Origin: a virus
Length of the DNA stretch: 64,000 bases
Direction: 5' to 3' (one strand)
Virus record (IMG/VR): IMGVR_UViG_3300010278_000003
Position 1 is the first letter of the stretch. Every line of letters starts with the position of its first letter. Positions 1 to 9,354 of this stretch are shown piece after piece. Below the pieces are notes generated by a model. That model had not been told where the DNA came from, searched no databases, and saw only the letters and a program-made list of their open reading frames with translations. A program made the translations under genes and the position numbers.

Positions 1-132
1 GTAGAAATGATGCTACGGACATTAAATTTACAGAGTGTAGGAAAAGTGGAAAGGCATATAAAGGAATTGAAAAATGCAAAATATAGACCGAGAATATATA
101 AGGAATTATTTGCGTAAATAGGAGTGACAAAA

Positions 133-768
133 ATGAAAACCCCAACAGAATACAGTAAAAATATAAAAAATCACATTATAACAGACAGAATGTTAGTCGA
201 TTGTCTGTATAGTGTAAATAAAAGAGCGAAAAACTGGCGTGATAAAGAAGGAGAGTTACGTTATAAACGGAAACACGATAGATATTGGGAAGATAAATAT
301 GATAGTGAAACAAAAGCAAAAGAACAAAAAGAAATGTATTATCAGCAAAAAGATATATTACTTACTGTGATAGAGCCAGAGTGTATACACAGAGAAATTG
401 TTGATTTTAAGAGGGAACGTATATACGATTATGAACCAAAATACAAAGAACACATGAAAGAGTTTGTATGGACAAATTCGTATTACGATCAGGATATTGA
501 TGATTATGTACATTTTGGAGATATTCTGCTCAAAGACTGTCCCATATATAAATATTATTTATTTTATGACATTGGCTATAATCATACATTTCATAAACCT
601 ATAACAGAAGAAGAGGTAAATGAGTATAAGATACAGGTAAAAGATATAGATAGATTAATTACAACAGGTGATGATATAACGGATTTGTTGTCTAATCAAT
701 TTGTACAAAAGGTAATAGAACTTATAAAGGGAAATGATTTTACTTTTGTTTTAGAACAGACAAAATAA
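133..768 (+). CDS. hypothetical protein
   Basis: ORF 124..768 in the track. Start moved to ATG 133, which follows an AGGAGTG RBS with a 7-nt spacer. No recognisable domain. Confidence 0.55.
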   Translation: MKTPTEYSKNIKNHIITDRMLVDCLYSVNKRAKNWRDKEGELRYKRKHDRYWEDKYDSETKAKEQKEMYYQQKDILLTVIEPECIHREIVDFKRERIYDYEPKYKEHMKEFVWTNSYYDQDIDDYVHFGDILLKDCPIYKYYLFYDIGYNHTFHKPITEEEVNEYKIQVKDIDRLITTGDDITDLLSNQFVQKVIELIKGNDFTFVLEQTK

Positions 769-795
769 ATTAAGAGAAAGGGAGATGGAGATAAT

Positions 796-1500
796 ATGTC
801 AAATACAACATTGGTTTATACAGGCACACATTATGGAATCGAAGTTAAAATGTGTTTGATGGGGAACAAACACTCAGAAGACATTATGGAAGCATTTAAG
901 GAAAACACGGAAAATGTAGAGCTGTTACCTATATGTTATCTTAGAAGCAAACTTTTAAGTATATCCGCACCTATAGATGTGTTTAAATATATCATAAACG
1001 GAAACGAAAAATATTGTATTGTTTCTGAATGTGATGGATTGTATTTCCTTACAGAGCAGCTCCCGGCTGATTGTGATATGGAGGGATTAATATTAGATAT
1101 TAAAGACCAATACGAAAACAAAGCAAAACCGGAAGAAATGCCTTCAAAATTCGCTAAAATACTCAAAGAATACGAACAGAAAACAAGACGATTCTTAAGC
1201 GAAAATAATGATTCTCCCTATGAAATCGAAGAAAGAAATAGAATTGAAAGAAATTTAAGATCAGATATAAAAAAAGAACCTGAAAAATTTACTTCGTCCG
1301 ACTATTATGCAGATGAAGAAGATATAATTGAAGAATATATGTTTTCCAGATCTTTTGCATATTTATTAAATGAAGACAATTACTCTTACAGCTATCTGGA
1401 ATATATAGCTAAACTTGATCACCATGATATTATTCCCACATGGGAAGGATACTTAAGAGAACTTAAAAAAAATTATACTGAACAGCATTTGACATTTTAA
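796..1500 (+). CDS. hypothetical acidic protein
   Basis: 234-aa ORF with a GGGAGATGGAG RBS upstream. Packed into the + strand gene array. Confidence 0.55.
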   Translation: MSNTTLVYTGTHYGIEVKMCLMGNKHSEDIMEAFKENTENVELLPICYLRSKLLSISAPIDVFKYIINGNEKYCIVSECDGLYFLTEQLPADCDMEGLILDIKDQYENKAKPEEMPSKFAKILKEYEQKTRRFLSENNDSPYEIEERNRIERNLRSDIKKEPEKFTSSDYYADEEDIIEEYMFSRSFAYLLNEDNYSYSYLEYIAKLDHHDIIPTWEGYLRELKKNYTEQHLTF

Positions 1501-1548
1501 AATGAGTATGGCAAAAAACAATATATAATTAAAGGAGATAGGTATAAA

Positions 1549-2067
1549 ATGATAGAATATAAAGTAGGACAAGTAATAGCAGATTTTATAAATAGACAAG
1601 AATGTACTCTTTTTGACATAACAGATGAAGGTGCAAACTTAATTGTACTTTTTAGAGATCCAACGGAAGAAGAAATTGAGCAATTTAAAGATAGACAGTT
1701 TGAGATAAGATTTACGGAAATTGATAATATTATAATGATGACTTTTAAGATAGGAAATCTTAATTGGATGGACGCACCATATTCTCCTCATTTGAGCAAG
1801 AATCTAACAAAATTTATCTCTCCTAACGGAAATCAAGGATTAGGTGTTACATTGTTTTTGATTGACGCAATAACGGGTGAAATTAAAGCTATGAGATTAA
1901 TAGGATTGACTAATGATTTTACAAACAAATTCATTGGAACAGTAACGGAGAATAAAATGAGGGAATTCAATACAATGAAATACAATAGTTCTCTTAACAA
2001 AATTTTCTCTACATATTCTACAGACGAGATAGTGAACATGAGCAACGTTAGTTGCAAGATCGATTGA
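1549..2067 (+). CDS. hypothetical protein
   Basis: 172-aa ORF. AAAGGAGATAGG RBS lies 8 nt upstream. Confidence 0.55.
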   Translation: MIEYKVGQVIADFINRQECTLFDITDEGANLIVLFRDPTEEEIEQFKDRQFEIRFTEIDNIIMMTFKIGNLNWMDAPYSPHLSKNLTKFISPNGNQGLGVTLFLIDAITGEIKAMRLIGLTNDFTNKFIGTVTENKMREFNTMKYNSSLNKIFSTYSTDEIVNMSNVSCKID

Positions 2068-2106
2068 ATTTAAATGGATTCGTAAGATGATATAAGGAGG
2101 AATATT

Positions 2107-2262
2107 ATGGAGAAGAAGACATTTATTTTAGAATTGACAGAAGAGCAATGTAAATGGGTTAGAGTTGCACTTGATACAAATGGAGATATACAAGATGAGG
2201 CAGGTTATAAGGATAGGGCAGAATTTTTATATGAATTGGCAGAAAAATTAAGGAATAATTGA
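2107..2262 (+). CDS. small hypothetical protein (51 aa)
   Basis: Not in the ORF track (under 60 aa). ATG sits 8 nt after a strong AAGGAGG RBS and the ORF fills the gap between neighbouring genes. Confidence 0.4.
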   Translation: MEKKTFILELTEEQCKWVRVALDTNGDIQDEAGYKDRAEFLYELAEKLRNN

Positions 2263-2303
2263 AATAATAAATTCATTGGAAGATTGGAAAGGAGAATACA
2301 GAT

Positions 2304-2603
2304 ATGGATAATAAAAATATAAGAATGAATATGATAAAAATATTTGGACTGGGAATAAAGTATGCAAATGCAGGTATTGTTGGTGATGATTTCTTTTATT
2401 CAAACGTATTTGAAGATTTATTTGATGATGGAGATGAGCCAGCAACAGCTGAACAAATAATGAAACGATTAGACAACATATCGTGTAGTTATATTGAAGA
2501 GAAACGGCAAACGTCAAGAATAGCGTCTACGATCAGGAACAATAACGAAGTAATTGAATTGTTGCAAAATAAACTTCCTGAATTAAGTAAGATCGAAAGT
2601 TAA
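2304..2603 (+). CDS. hypothetical protein
   Basis: 99-aa ORF. GGAAAGGAGAA RBS. Confidence 0.5.
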   Translation: MDNKNIRMNMIKIFGLGIKYANAGIVGDDFFYSNVFEDLFDDGDEPATAEQIMKRLDNISCSYIEEKRQTSRIASTIRNNNEVIELLQNKLPELSKIES

Positions 2604-2715
2604 TACTATGAAAGTATAGGCAGTAAAGCTGTAATGTATTTTGAGAAAATGATTGGACTGGAATAGGCGTAGGAAACCAAGTTTTCTTGTGGAATGGAAA
2701 GGAGAATAATAGTGT

Positions 2716-2904
2716 ATGAAAATAAAAGATTTTCTTGAAAATTTTAATGGAGATAATCATATTAAAATTTACGATAGTTATGATTTTAGTACACATAGAT
2801 ATAATCATGTACAGGAAGCAATTTCTTCCTATGGATATTTCACAGTTAAGAGCTGGGATATTGTAGATGGTGTATTAAAGATAACAATTCGGTCGCAGTT
2901 TTAA
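2716..2904 (+). CDS. hypothetical protein
   Basis: 62-aa ORF. GGAAAGGAGAA RBS. Confidence 0.45.
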   Translation: MKIKDFLENFNGDNHIKIYDSYDFSTHRYNHVQEAISSYGYFTVKSWDIVDGVLKITIRSQF

Positions 2905-2951
2905 TACTAAGAAATCTAAGTTTCAAAATAATTAGAATTGGAGCATAAGAG

Positions 2952-3401
2952 ATGAAAGTAAAAGTGGATTTTACCCCATACTATGAATGGTATGCAAAAT
3001 GGATTGATTGGAAAAAAGTGTCTGTTAATGATTTTGTAAATGGAAAAGTTGAAAATCCGTTTAGTATGTTGGATGAATGGCTTGATATTATTTCTATAAA
3101 ACCAACCCAAAATGATATTGGGAAAGAAATATACTATTCTTTGAATGCGTTACAACGTAATGAAATTACATACGATACTTATCTTGAAGGATGCGTGATA
3201 AAGAAAGGTGTAATCACGAATATCTCGGAAAATATATTGCAAATTGATAACAAAAATTATATTTATTCCCAATATAATACAGTTTTATTTGATAAACCAG
3301 AATATTGTATTTTATATCTTCATTATGATGGTACGAATATATTTGAAGGGAATGAATTGTTACCTATGTTTAATAAAGATTTATATATAGTTGAAATTTA
3401 A
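2952..3401 (+). CDS. hypothetical protein
   Basis: 149-aa ORF with an RBS-like GGAGCATAAGAG upstream. Confidence 0.5.
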   Translation: MKVKVDFTPYYEWYAKWIDWKKVSVNDFVNGKVENPFSMLDEWLDIISIKPTQNDIGKEIYYSLNALQRNEITYDTYLEGCVIKKGVITNISENILQIDNKNYIYSQYNTVLFDKPEYCILYLHYDGTNIFEGNELLPMFNKDLYIVEI

Positions 3402-3429
3402 CTTTCTTGCGATGATTGGAGGTAGAAAA

Positions 3430-3609
3430 ATGGAAAATAATAAAGCTATTTGTAGAAAAACAGACGACCACTTTACAGAGGGTAAGGAATATGAATGCAC
3501 ATCAGCATATGCAAAATATGAAAGTGCGGTTGTAGATATTCTTGACAACAATAAAGAACTTGTTACAGTGGAAATAAATGATAGAGATTTTCAGTTTGTT
3601 TTTAACTAA
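3430..3609 (+). CDS. hypothetical small protein
   Basis: ORF 3391..3609 in the track. Internal ATG 3430 follows a GGAGGTAG RBS and is the likely true start. Confidence 0.45.
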   Translation: MENNKAICRKTDDHFTEGKEYECTSAYAKYESAVVDILDNNKELVTVEINDRDFQFVFN

Positions 3610-3650
3610 GAAAGAATGATTTACTTGGAAGATTAGAAGAGGTGATATAA

Positions 3651-3815
3651 ATGACAAACTTAGAAAAATTACGCACAGGAACTAATGAAGAGATATTGCA
3701 TCTCATGCAGCGATTTGCATATAGAAGTCTTGGTTATACTTATCAAGAACTTCAAACAGAGGAATTTTTGCAGGAGGAATGTTACGTGAATTATAAAGGG
3801 GAAGCAATTAAATGA
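3651..3815 (+). CDS. small hypothetical protein (54 aa)
   Basis: Not in the ORF track. ATG follows an AGAGGTGAT RBS and the ORF fills an otherwise empty gap. Confidence 0.4.
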   Translation: MTNLEKLRTGTNEEILHLMQRFAYRSLGYTYQELQTEEFLQEECYVNYKGEAIK

Positions 3816-3847
3816 CGATTTCAAAAGAAAATTAGGAGGAATAAATT

Positions 3848-4054
3848 ATGTATATATTAGATGATAGAATTTCAGATTTATGTGAATTGGAGAATTATGT
3901 TACAAGAGAAGACGGAAAAGAAGTTTTAGTTAGTGAAGTAGAGTTAATTCAGACGATACAGGAAATGAAACAAGATATGGAAGTGTGTATTGGCTCAAGT
4001 GGGGAATATATGGATGGGAAATTGCAAGAGTGGATTAAAATGTTAGAAGAATAA
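3848..4054 (+). CDS. hypothetical protein
   Basis: 68-aa ORF. AGGAGGAATAAATT precedes the ATG. Confidence 0.5.
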   Translation: MYILDDRISDLCELENYVTREDGKEVLVSEVELIQTIQEMKQDMEVCIGSSGEYMDGKLQEWIKMLEE

Positions 4055-4092
4055 TCCTAAGAAAAATTGCTTTCAAACGGAGGTGGTATTAA

Positions 4093-4413
4093 GTGAAATG
4101 GGCATCTAAATTAACAGACGAAGAATTAACAGAACTTTATAAGTTATTTATGTGTAATGATGACAAATTTGTAGATTTAAATATTACGAGATATGATGAT
4201 GATATATTCCTTGAAGGACATATTCGTATTCCGGAATCGGATGAAGATTATGCTGATGAAGATGGTATGTGTGAAGTTGATGAAGATTATGTTGTCACGG
4301 ATTTTTATGCAAAAGCACGTTATCACAGTGGGAATGTAAATAAAGAATATAGGTCATACATGTATAAAAAGTTTGGATATAAGTACGCAAAGGATTATTT
4401 GTTTAGTTGTTAA
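4093..4413 (+). CDS. hypothetical acidic protein
   Basis: 106-aa ORF with a GTG start after a GGAGGTGG RBS. Confidence 0.5.
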   Translation: MKWASKLTDEELTELYKLFMCNDDKFVDLNITRYDDDIFLEGHIRIPESDEDYADEDGMCEVDEDYVVTDFYAKARYHSGNVNKEYRSYMYKKFGYKYAKDYLFSC

Positions 4414-4423
4414 AGGTGATGAT

Positions 4424-4648
4424 ATGAACAAACAAGATTTAATTAACGATGGCTACAAATATATTTGTCAAACGGAAAATAAAATGGAATTATGGGCAAA
4501 GTTTACTGGATATATAGATATAATATCATATTTATGTTATGATTCAGATAATGATACTGTATTAAAACAGTCAAGAAAAATTACATCTATGTCAGAGCTA
4601 AAAGTTTTATCAGAACTTAAAAATAAAATGGAAGAAGTAAATATATAG
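4424..4648 (+). CDS. hypothetical protein
   Basis: ORF 4373..4648 in the track. ATG 4424 follows AAAGGTGATGAT. Confidence 0.45.
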   Translation: MNKQDLINDGYKYICQTENKMELWAKFTGYIDIISYLCYDSDNDTVLKQSRKITSMSELKVLSELKNKMEEVNI

Positions 4649-4667
4649 AAAATATATAGATATGTAA

Positions 4668-4701
4668 ACAACACCTATTAGCTTTTAGGTGTTGTTTTTT
4701 T
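4668..4701 (+). terminator. Rho-independent terminator closing the leftward + strand gene block
   Basis: AACAACACCT / AGGTGTTGTT form a 10-bp stem with a 9-nt loop, followed by T7. It overlaps the 3' end of the convergent repressor gene. Confidence 0.6.
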
Positions 4702-4905
4702 AATAAAATTAATATCCATTTCTAAATCTAAAGCATCACACATTTCTAACAGTGTATTAATGGAAATATTTTTTTGATTAAAACGTGAAGATAACGCTGA
4801 TTGGGATAAATTAATTTTATCAGCTAATTCTTTTGATGATACTTCATTTTTGAGCATTATTAATCTTAAACAAGTAAGAATTTGTTTGCTATCTGTTATA
4901 ACCAC
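4678..4905 (-). CDS. HTH (XRE/Cro-C1 type) transcriptional repressor
   Basis: 75 aa with an HTH signature (SSKELADKINLSQSALSSRFNQKNISINTLLEMCDAL). GTG start after GGAGGTG. Transcribed divergently from the operator and promoter array. Confidence 0.7.
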   Translation of the reverse strand: MVITDSKQILTCLRLIMLKNEVSSKELADKINLSQSALSSRFNQKNISINTLLEMCDALDLEMDINFIKKTTPKS

Positions 4906-4921
4906 AGTAACACCTCCATAT

Positions 4922-5046
4922 TAAGATATATATTGATTATACAAGATATATATAAAACACACAAGATATTTATTAAAATTTTGTATATTGTTATAGCTTA
5001 AAAATATCTGATATATCTTGACTGATTAAGATATATCTTGTATAAT
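4922..5046. promoter_or_regulatory. Divergent promoter pair embedded in an operator array (genetic switch)
   Basis: Repeated (A/C)AAGATATAT half-sites at 4922, 4941, 4961 and 5011. A perfect palindrome AAGATATATCTT (5028..5039) sits in the spacer of the + promoter TTGACT(5018)-17-TATAAT(5041). The minus promoter is TTGTGT-17-TATAAT (4964..4936). Confidence 0.65.
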
Positions 5047-5100
5047 GCTTAATATAAAGAGAAAAGAAGTAGGACTACATACGGAAAGGAAGTGAGAGAT

Positions 5101-5508
5101 ATGGAGGATTTAAGTAATCTTAAGATGTTTGATATAGTTTCTGTTAATATTCCAAAAACAGAAGAGAACTTATCAGAACAGACAGGAATACACCCATATA
5201 TAATTATCCAAAATAATATTGGCAATAAATACAGTCCTACAATTATAGGCATATCTCTAACGACCAAACTTAAGAAAGCGAATATGCCAATACACTGTAT
5301 TGTGCCAAAAACAAAATCAAACGGTTTAAGAACAGATTCGATGGCTCTAGCAGAAACGCTAAGACAAATTGACAAAAAGAGAATAATTAAAAAAATGGGA
5401 ACAATAGATGATCCAGTAACGCAAAGAAAAATAATTGAAATTTATATTGCTAACATAACTGGTGTACACAGCAATATTAATGAAAACGGAATGTTAAAAG
5501 TTGTGTAA
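5101..5508 (+). CDS. MazF/PemK-family endoribonuclease toxin-like protein
   Basis: Matches PemK/MazF patterns: FDIVSVNIP, HPYIIIQNN, ISLTTK, PIHCIV, GLRTDSMALAETLRQIDKKRIIKKMGTI. ATG 5101 follows GGAAAGGAAG. It is the first gene of the operator-controlled + promoter. Confidence 0.55.
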   Translation: MEDLSNLKMFDIVSVNIPKTEENLSEQTGIHPYIIIQNNIGNKYSPTIIGISLTTKLKKANMPIHCIVPKTKSNGLRTDSMALAETLRQIDKKRIIKKMGTIDDPVTQRKIIEIYIANITGVHSNINENGMLKVV

Positions 5509-5525
5509 AGGATGGGGAATTAATT

Positions 5526-5801
5526 ATGATAAAGTGTATAAGCAAGAAAATGGCTAAAAAAATGATAGACGAAGCACCAGGAGATACAATTATGATACTC
5601 ACATATGACAATGAAATCGGTATTTCAACGAGCAACGAAATAGCTTATAAAGCGAAAGGAAAGAAGCTTGTAAACAGTGCTGAGATATTAATGTTAAATA
5701 ATTCAGATTTCTTTGATACAATTATGTTGCATGGTATTAAAAATATACTGGCACAGCCAACAGATGTAATTTCAAAGTCTATATTATTAAGTAAAATGTG
5801 A
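5526..5801 (+). CDS. hypothetical protein
   Basis: 91-aa ORF with a GGATGGGGAA RBS, immediately downstream of the MazF-like gene. Confidence 0.5.
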   Translation: MIKCISKKMAKKMIDEAPGDTIMILTYDNEIGISTSNEIAYKAKGKKLVNSAEILMLNNSDFFDTIMLHGIKNILAQPTDVISKSILLSKM

Positions 5802-5811
5802 CAGATTTGTA

Positions 5812-5840
5812 TTGACAAACATATATTTCTGATATATTAT
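5812..5840 (+). promoter_or_regulatory. Sigma-70-like promoter upstream of tRNA-Gln
   Basis: TTGACA(5812)-17 nt-TATTAT(5835). Confidence 0.5.
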
Positions 5841-6118
5841 AAATGCGGAACAAATTTTCGATGATATAAAGAAAAAATGTTCGAGAAAAGGGACATGCAT
5901 TTGGCAGTGTTGCAGCACGTAACCAAAGCAAGTCCCTCGTGATTCGCAACACAAAAAATTCGTATAGAATGAATTAATTTGCATTGCTATATTCTTATAT
6001 TAACGCATTTTAATTTTATTGTCAATGAATACGTTGGCAATCTTTTCTATTGAATTCTTTTTATATTTAAGTTTTACATTTTCCAAACAGAAATTATTTT
6101 TCAAAAGAGAATATATAT

Positions 6119-6190
6119 AGGGCATTAGCCAAGTGGAAAGGCATAGCACTTTGACTGCTACATTCGTTGGTTCGAATCCAACATGCCCTG
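6119..6190 (+). tRNA. tRNA-Gln (anticodon UUG)
   Basis: Hand-folded cloverleaf. Acceptor AGGGCAT / ATGCCCT. D-arm GCC-AAGTGGAAA-GGC, the same architecture as E. coli tRNA-Gln. Anticodon stem TAGCA/TGCTA with loop CTTTGAC (UUG). T-arm GTTGG-TTCGAAT-CCAAC. Discriminator G73. No encoded CCA. Confidence 0.85.
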
Positions 6191-6250
6191 TTATTTTTTA
6201 TGTGCAAAAATCAAAAATCAATTAAAAATTCAATAAGGGAGCTGAAAAAG

Positions 6251-8392
6251 ATGGAATATACTTCGCAGCAATTAGATTGGATTGATGAGTATTGTCGTAA
6301 CGATCTGGCAAAATTGAAACGGATATGCAATCCATTAATCGCAAGAAAAAATGTACCTCAGTTTATGTACGATGATTTATACGATGACGCTATGAACGTA
6401 TTACACGAAAGTGTTGTTTCTTTTGTTTCGGGAAAAGCAAAATTTGAAACATACTTGATAAGTAATATTCATAGGTCTTTCTACGATTGGACACGGGACA
6501 ATCATAGAGGGAAACGATGTAATCTCTTGCGGAATAAAAAGGGAGAAATAATTAAAGATGAAAAAGGAAAATCTACAGTTATTTCGGACATATCTTTTGA
6601 TGCTCCTGCTGAAGATGGAATTGATTTAAGAGAAAAAATTGCGTCAGATTTTGCTGTTGAAAAGGAAAGCGAATTTAATTTTGATTCTGAGGATAAAGTA
6701 AATATGTTTTTAGGTTCTCTTAGTAAGAAGCAAAGAACGTTATTAGAGTTAAAAATGGACGGGCTTAATTCTAATCAGATTAAATGTAAGTTGGATATTT
6801 CAGACAGAGAATATTCAAAAATCATGAACAGTATAAAAATGAATAAAAATATTTCTTTATTCACAAAAAATAAAAATGATGGATATAACACGGAGGTCGA
6901 GAACATGGAAGATAGAATTATTGAAATTAGCGAATCTGAAAACTACAGAACTGACAAGTATAGTATGTATTCATTAATACAGGATAAGAAAAATGGAGAT
7001 ATGAACTGTAATTATATCTTGCAGCGTGAACCGTTTCAGTGGACAAAAGAAGAAGCAAATAGATATTTCTGTCGTCTACTTAGCAACCTCCCAATTCCTG
7101 AAATTATTCTTTGTGAACAGAAGAGAAAAGGATTGACTATTTCACATTTAATTGATGGATTACAACGTTTGTCTTATGCAGAAGCATTCAAAGAGAATCG
7201 TATTAAAATTGGTTTAGCAGGTGCAGAAAGACATTTGATTCAGTATAGAGATTATGCATTGGATGAAAACGGAAATCGTATTCTTGATGAAGACGGACTT
7301 CCTGAATATGAAATGAAAGTGTTTGATGTTGTTGGGAAATATTATAAAGACTTACCTGATGAATTGAAGAAGCGTTTTAATAATTTTAATGTAAATGTTA
7401 CAAAATTCTTTGATTGTACAGATGAGCAGATTGCTGATCACATCCGTGACTACAATAACCATGCAAGTATGAATAAAGAGCAAGGTGGATTTCTTAATGT
7501 TTCAGCAGAAACAGCAAATTACATTAAAAGAATTTCGCAGAAAAATACATTCTTTAAAAATTGTGGAAAGTTCACAGATGCTAATAAAATCAAAGGGAAA
7601 CTTGAAAGAGTCGTTGCAGAAGCAGTTATGCTGTTATTCTTCCGTGACTCTTGGAAGGCAAATCTTGATGCAATTTATAAGTATGTAGATGAGAATGCAA
7701 ATGAGCAGCAGTTCTTAAAACTTAATTCGCATCTTAATAGATTAGAGTTAGCGTTAGGTGATAATAATGAAAAACTATCAGAAGTTTTATTTACACCAAC
7801 CACGATGCCGATGTGGATTACTGTATTTGATAAATTTACAACATATAATTTAGATGACTCATTATTTGTTGAATTTTTAAATACATACAATACAGAACTG
7901 AAAAATAAAGAAATTGATGGTGTTTCAATGGCAGATTTCAAAGATCAGCAAACAAAGAAAAAGACAACAATTACAGGTAAAATTGATTTGCTTGTTAAGT
8001 TGATGAATGAATTTTTACATATTGATACAACAGAAACAAGTAGCACAGAAGTAGAGAATGACAATACAGAAGAAAATGAGCAAGATAATCAAGAAGAAAC
8101 AACTCTTTCTTTTGTTCAGGAAAATGCAAATCCTGACGTTACAGAAGAGGACATTGAGTTTTACAGAGATATGGTTGAAGATTGTGTAAAGGTGGACGAG
8201 CCTATATATCAGCAATGTGAAAGAGCTGTAATTGCTATTATGGCTTATGCTTGTACGAAAGAGCAGGATGAAGAATTTGAAAAATGGATTCAGAAGTATA
8301 AGAATCAGACAAATTTTAGTCCTTCACAGAAAACAAACTTTACATATATGAAAAATAGTTTTGATAATTTTGTACAGAAAATGGCTGTATAA
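6251..8392 (+). CDS. Sigma-70-like (regions 2 and 4) domain fused to a DUF262/ParB-like (DGQQR) domain protein
   Basis: N-terminus resembles sigma region 2 (DDLYDDAMNVLHESVVSFVSGKAKFETYLISNIHRSFYDW) and region 4 (LSKKQRTLLELKMDGLNSNQI). The middle has a DUF262 core (LIDGLQRLSYAEAF). The track ORF starts at 6167 inside the tRNA, so the start is placed at ATG 6251 after AAGGGAGCTGA. Confidence 0.55.
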   Translation: MEYTSQQLDWIDEYCRNDLAKLKRICNPLIARKNVPQFMYDDLYDDAMNVLHESVVSFVSGKAKFETYLISNIHRSFYDWTRDNHRGKRCNLLRNKKGEIIKDEKGKSTVISDISFDAPAEDGIDLREKIASDFAVEKESEFNFDSEDKVNMFLGSLSKKQRTLLELKMDGLNSNQIKCKLDISDREYSKIMNSIKMNKNISLFTKNKNDGYNTEVENMEDRIIEISESENYRTDKYSMYSLIQDKKNGDMNCNYILQREPFQWTKEEANRYFCRLLSNLPIPEIILCEQKRKGLTISHLIDGLQRLSYAEAFKENRIKIGLAGAERHLIQYRDYALDENGNRILDEDGLPEYEMKVFDVVGKYYKDLPDELKKRFNNFNVNVTKFFDCTDEQIADHIRDYNNHASMNKEQGGFLNVSAETANYIKRISQKNTFFKNCGKFTDANKIKGKLERVVAEAVMLLFFRDSWKANLDAIYKYVDENANEQQFLKLNSHLNRLELALGDNNEKLSEVLFTPTTMPMWITVFDKFTTYNLDDSLFVEFLNTYNTELKNKEIDGVSMADFKDQQTKKKTTITGKIDLLVKLMNEFLHIDTTETSSTEVENDNTEENEQDNQEETTLSFVQENANPDVTEEDIEFYRDMVEDCVKVDEPIYQQCERAVIAIMAYACTKEQDEEFEKWIQKYKNQTNFSPSQKTNFTYMKNSFDNFVQKMAV

Positions 8393-8528
8393 AAACTTGT
8401 TAGTAACAGAAACCAGAAAACGTCCGATTATTCAATCAAATACATAGTCGAGTCTGGTAATTCTTATATTCTTTGTGAGTATGGTTTCTGTTTTATATAT
8501 AGATGAATGGAATTGAAAGGAGAAAATT

Positions 8529-8912
8529 ATGAGTCAATGGACACATGTAGCAGCAATTTTTAGATTAGATAGTTTTGGAAAGATTTCAGACGAAAGTATT
8601 TATAAAGCTTTTGGTAAAGAAGTAACATGGGATGATTTATACAACTATGACGAATCAGATGATACAAAGACGCTACCTATGGGAAGTGAAGGAACATTAG
8701 AGATGAGTATTTGGCATAATTCAGATGAAGGTTGCATGGCTTCTACAACAGTATCTATATTCGGAGATTTGAGAGATTATGGTGGAAGCGATATAGATAA
8801 GCTAAAAGAGTGGTTTAATGATTGTTGTAAACAATTTATGGTTAGACAGGCAGTGATGCATGTGATTGATGAATATGCTGATGAACCAATAATTGTGCAG
8901 TATGTTGAGTAG
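8529..8912 (+). CDS. hypothetical protein
   Basis: 127-aa ORF. GAAAGGAGAAAATT RBS. Confidence 0.5.
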   Translation: MSQWTHVAAIFRLDSFGKISDESIYKAFGKEVTWDDLYNYDESDDTKTLPMGSEGTLEMSIWHNSDEGCMASTTVSIFGDLRDYGGSDIDKLKEWFNDCCKQFMVRQAVMHVIDEYADEPIIVQYVE

Positions 8913-8947
8913 GAAAATTCTCTTTCTTTGGATTGCGAGGTGAAAAG

Positions 8948-9319
8948 ATGCAAATAAATATTAGTTATACATTATATACAGACGGGGATTACAGTTTGAG
9001 GAATGCTGAAGAACTTGGTTGTTTTAACAGAAATGTAGTAGTTGATGATTTTGAACATTACGAGTACATAGGTTTTGTGGAATTTAAAAATGAAGAAGAT
9101 TGGCGTTGCAAAAGCGAAGCGAAAAATTTTCTTTGGAGATTTTTATGTGATGGAATTCATATATCTTATACGCATCCTTGGCTACTTAAAGATTTTTATG
9201 ACATTATGAAATCTTTAGAGAATGTCATTAATGAATATAAAGAGGGAATATCTGTAGCCAAAAGGCATATAACAGGTAACTATGAGGGAACAGAAATTAA
9301 AATAGAAATATCACAGTAA
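8948..9319 (+). CDS. hypothetical protein
   Basis: ORF 8933..9319 in the track. ATG 8948 follows GAGGTGA with a 5-nt spacer. Confidence 0.5.
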   Translation: MQINISYTLYTDGDYSLRNAEELGCFNRNVVVDDFEHYEYIGFVEFKNEEDWRCKSEAKNFLWRFLCDGIHISYTHPWLLKDFYDIMKSLENVINEYKEGISVAKRHITGNYEGTEIKIEISQ

Positions 9320-9354
9320 TGTTCGATTTCTTTGAAAAATGAAAGGAGATTTAT

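Noticed and set aside
936-1166. Minus-strand ORFs embedded in + strand genes (this one, and also 1833..2057, 2248..2517, 10350..10646, 11238..11624, 12598..12918, 35610..35858, 43704..43967, 48371..48679 and others)
   Set aside because: All overlap longer + strand ORFs that have RBSs and recognisable domains. They are low-complexity or AT-rich shadow frames without RBSs.
4922-5040. Possible CRISPR-like repeat array
   Set aside because: The repeats are 10 to 12 bp AT-rich operator half-sites with irregular spacing and a palindrome. They are not 25 to 40 bp repeats with unique spacers.
5850-5960. AGGGAC…GTCCCT and GTGTTGC…GCAACAC nested inverted repeats as a possible tRNA or ncRNA, and the minus ORF 5787..5984
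   Set aside because: Too short for a tRNA cloverleaf (50 nt). The ORF lacks an RBS and overlaps the promoter region. It may still be a small structured RNA but I cannot support it.
6167-6250. ORF-track start 6167 for the 741-aa ORF
   Set aside because: It overlaps the 3' half of tRNA-Gln. ATG 6251 has an RBS and is taken as the start.
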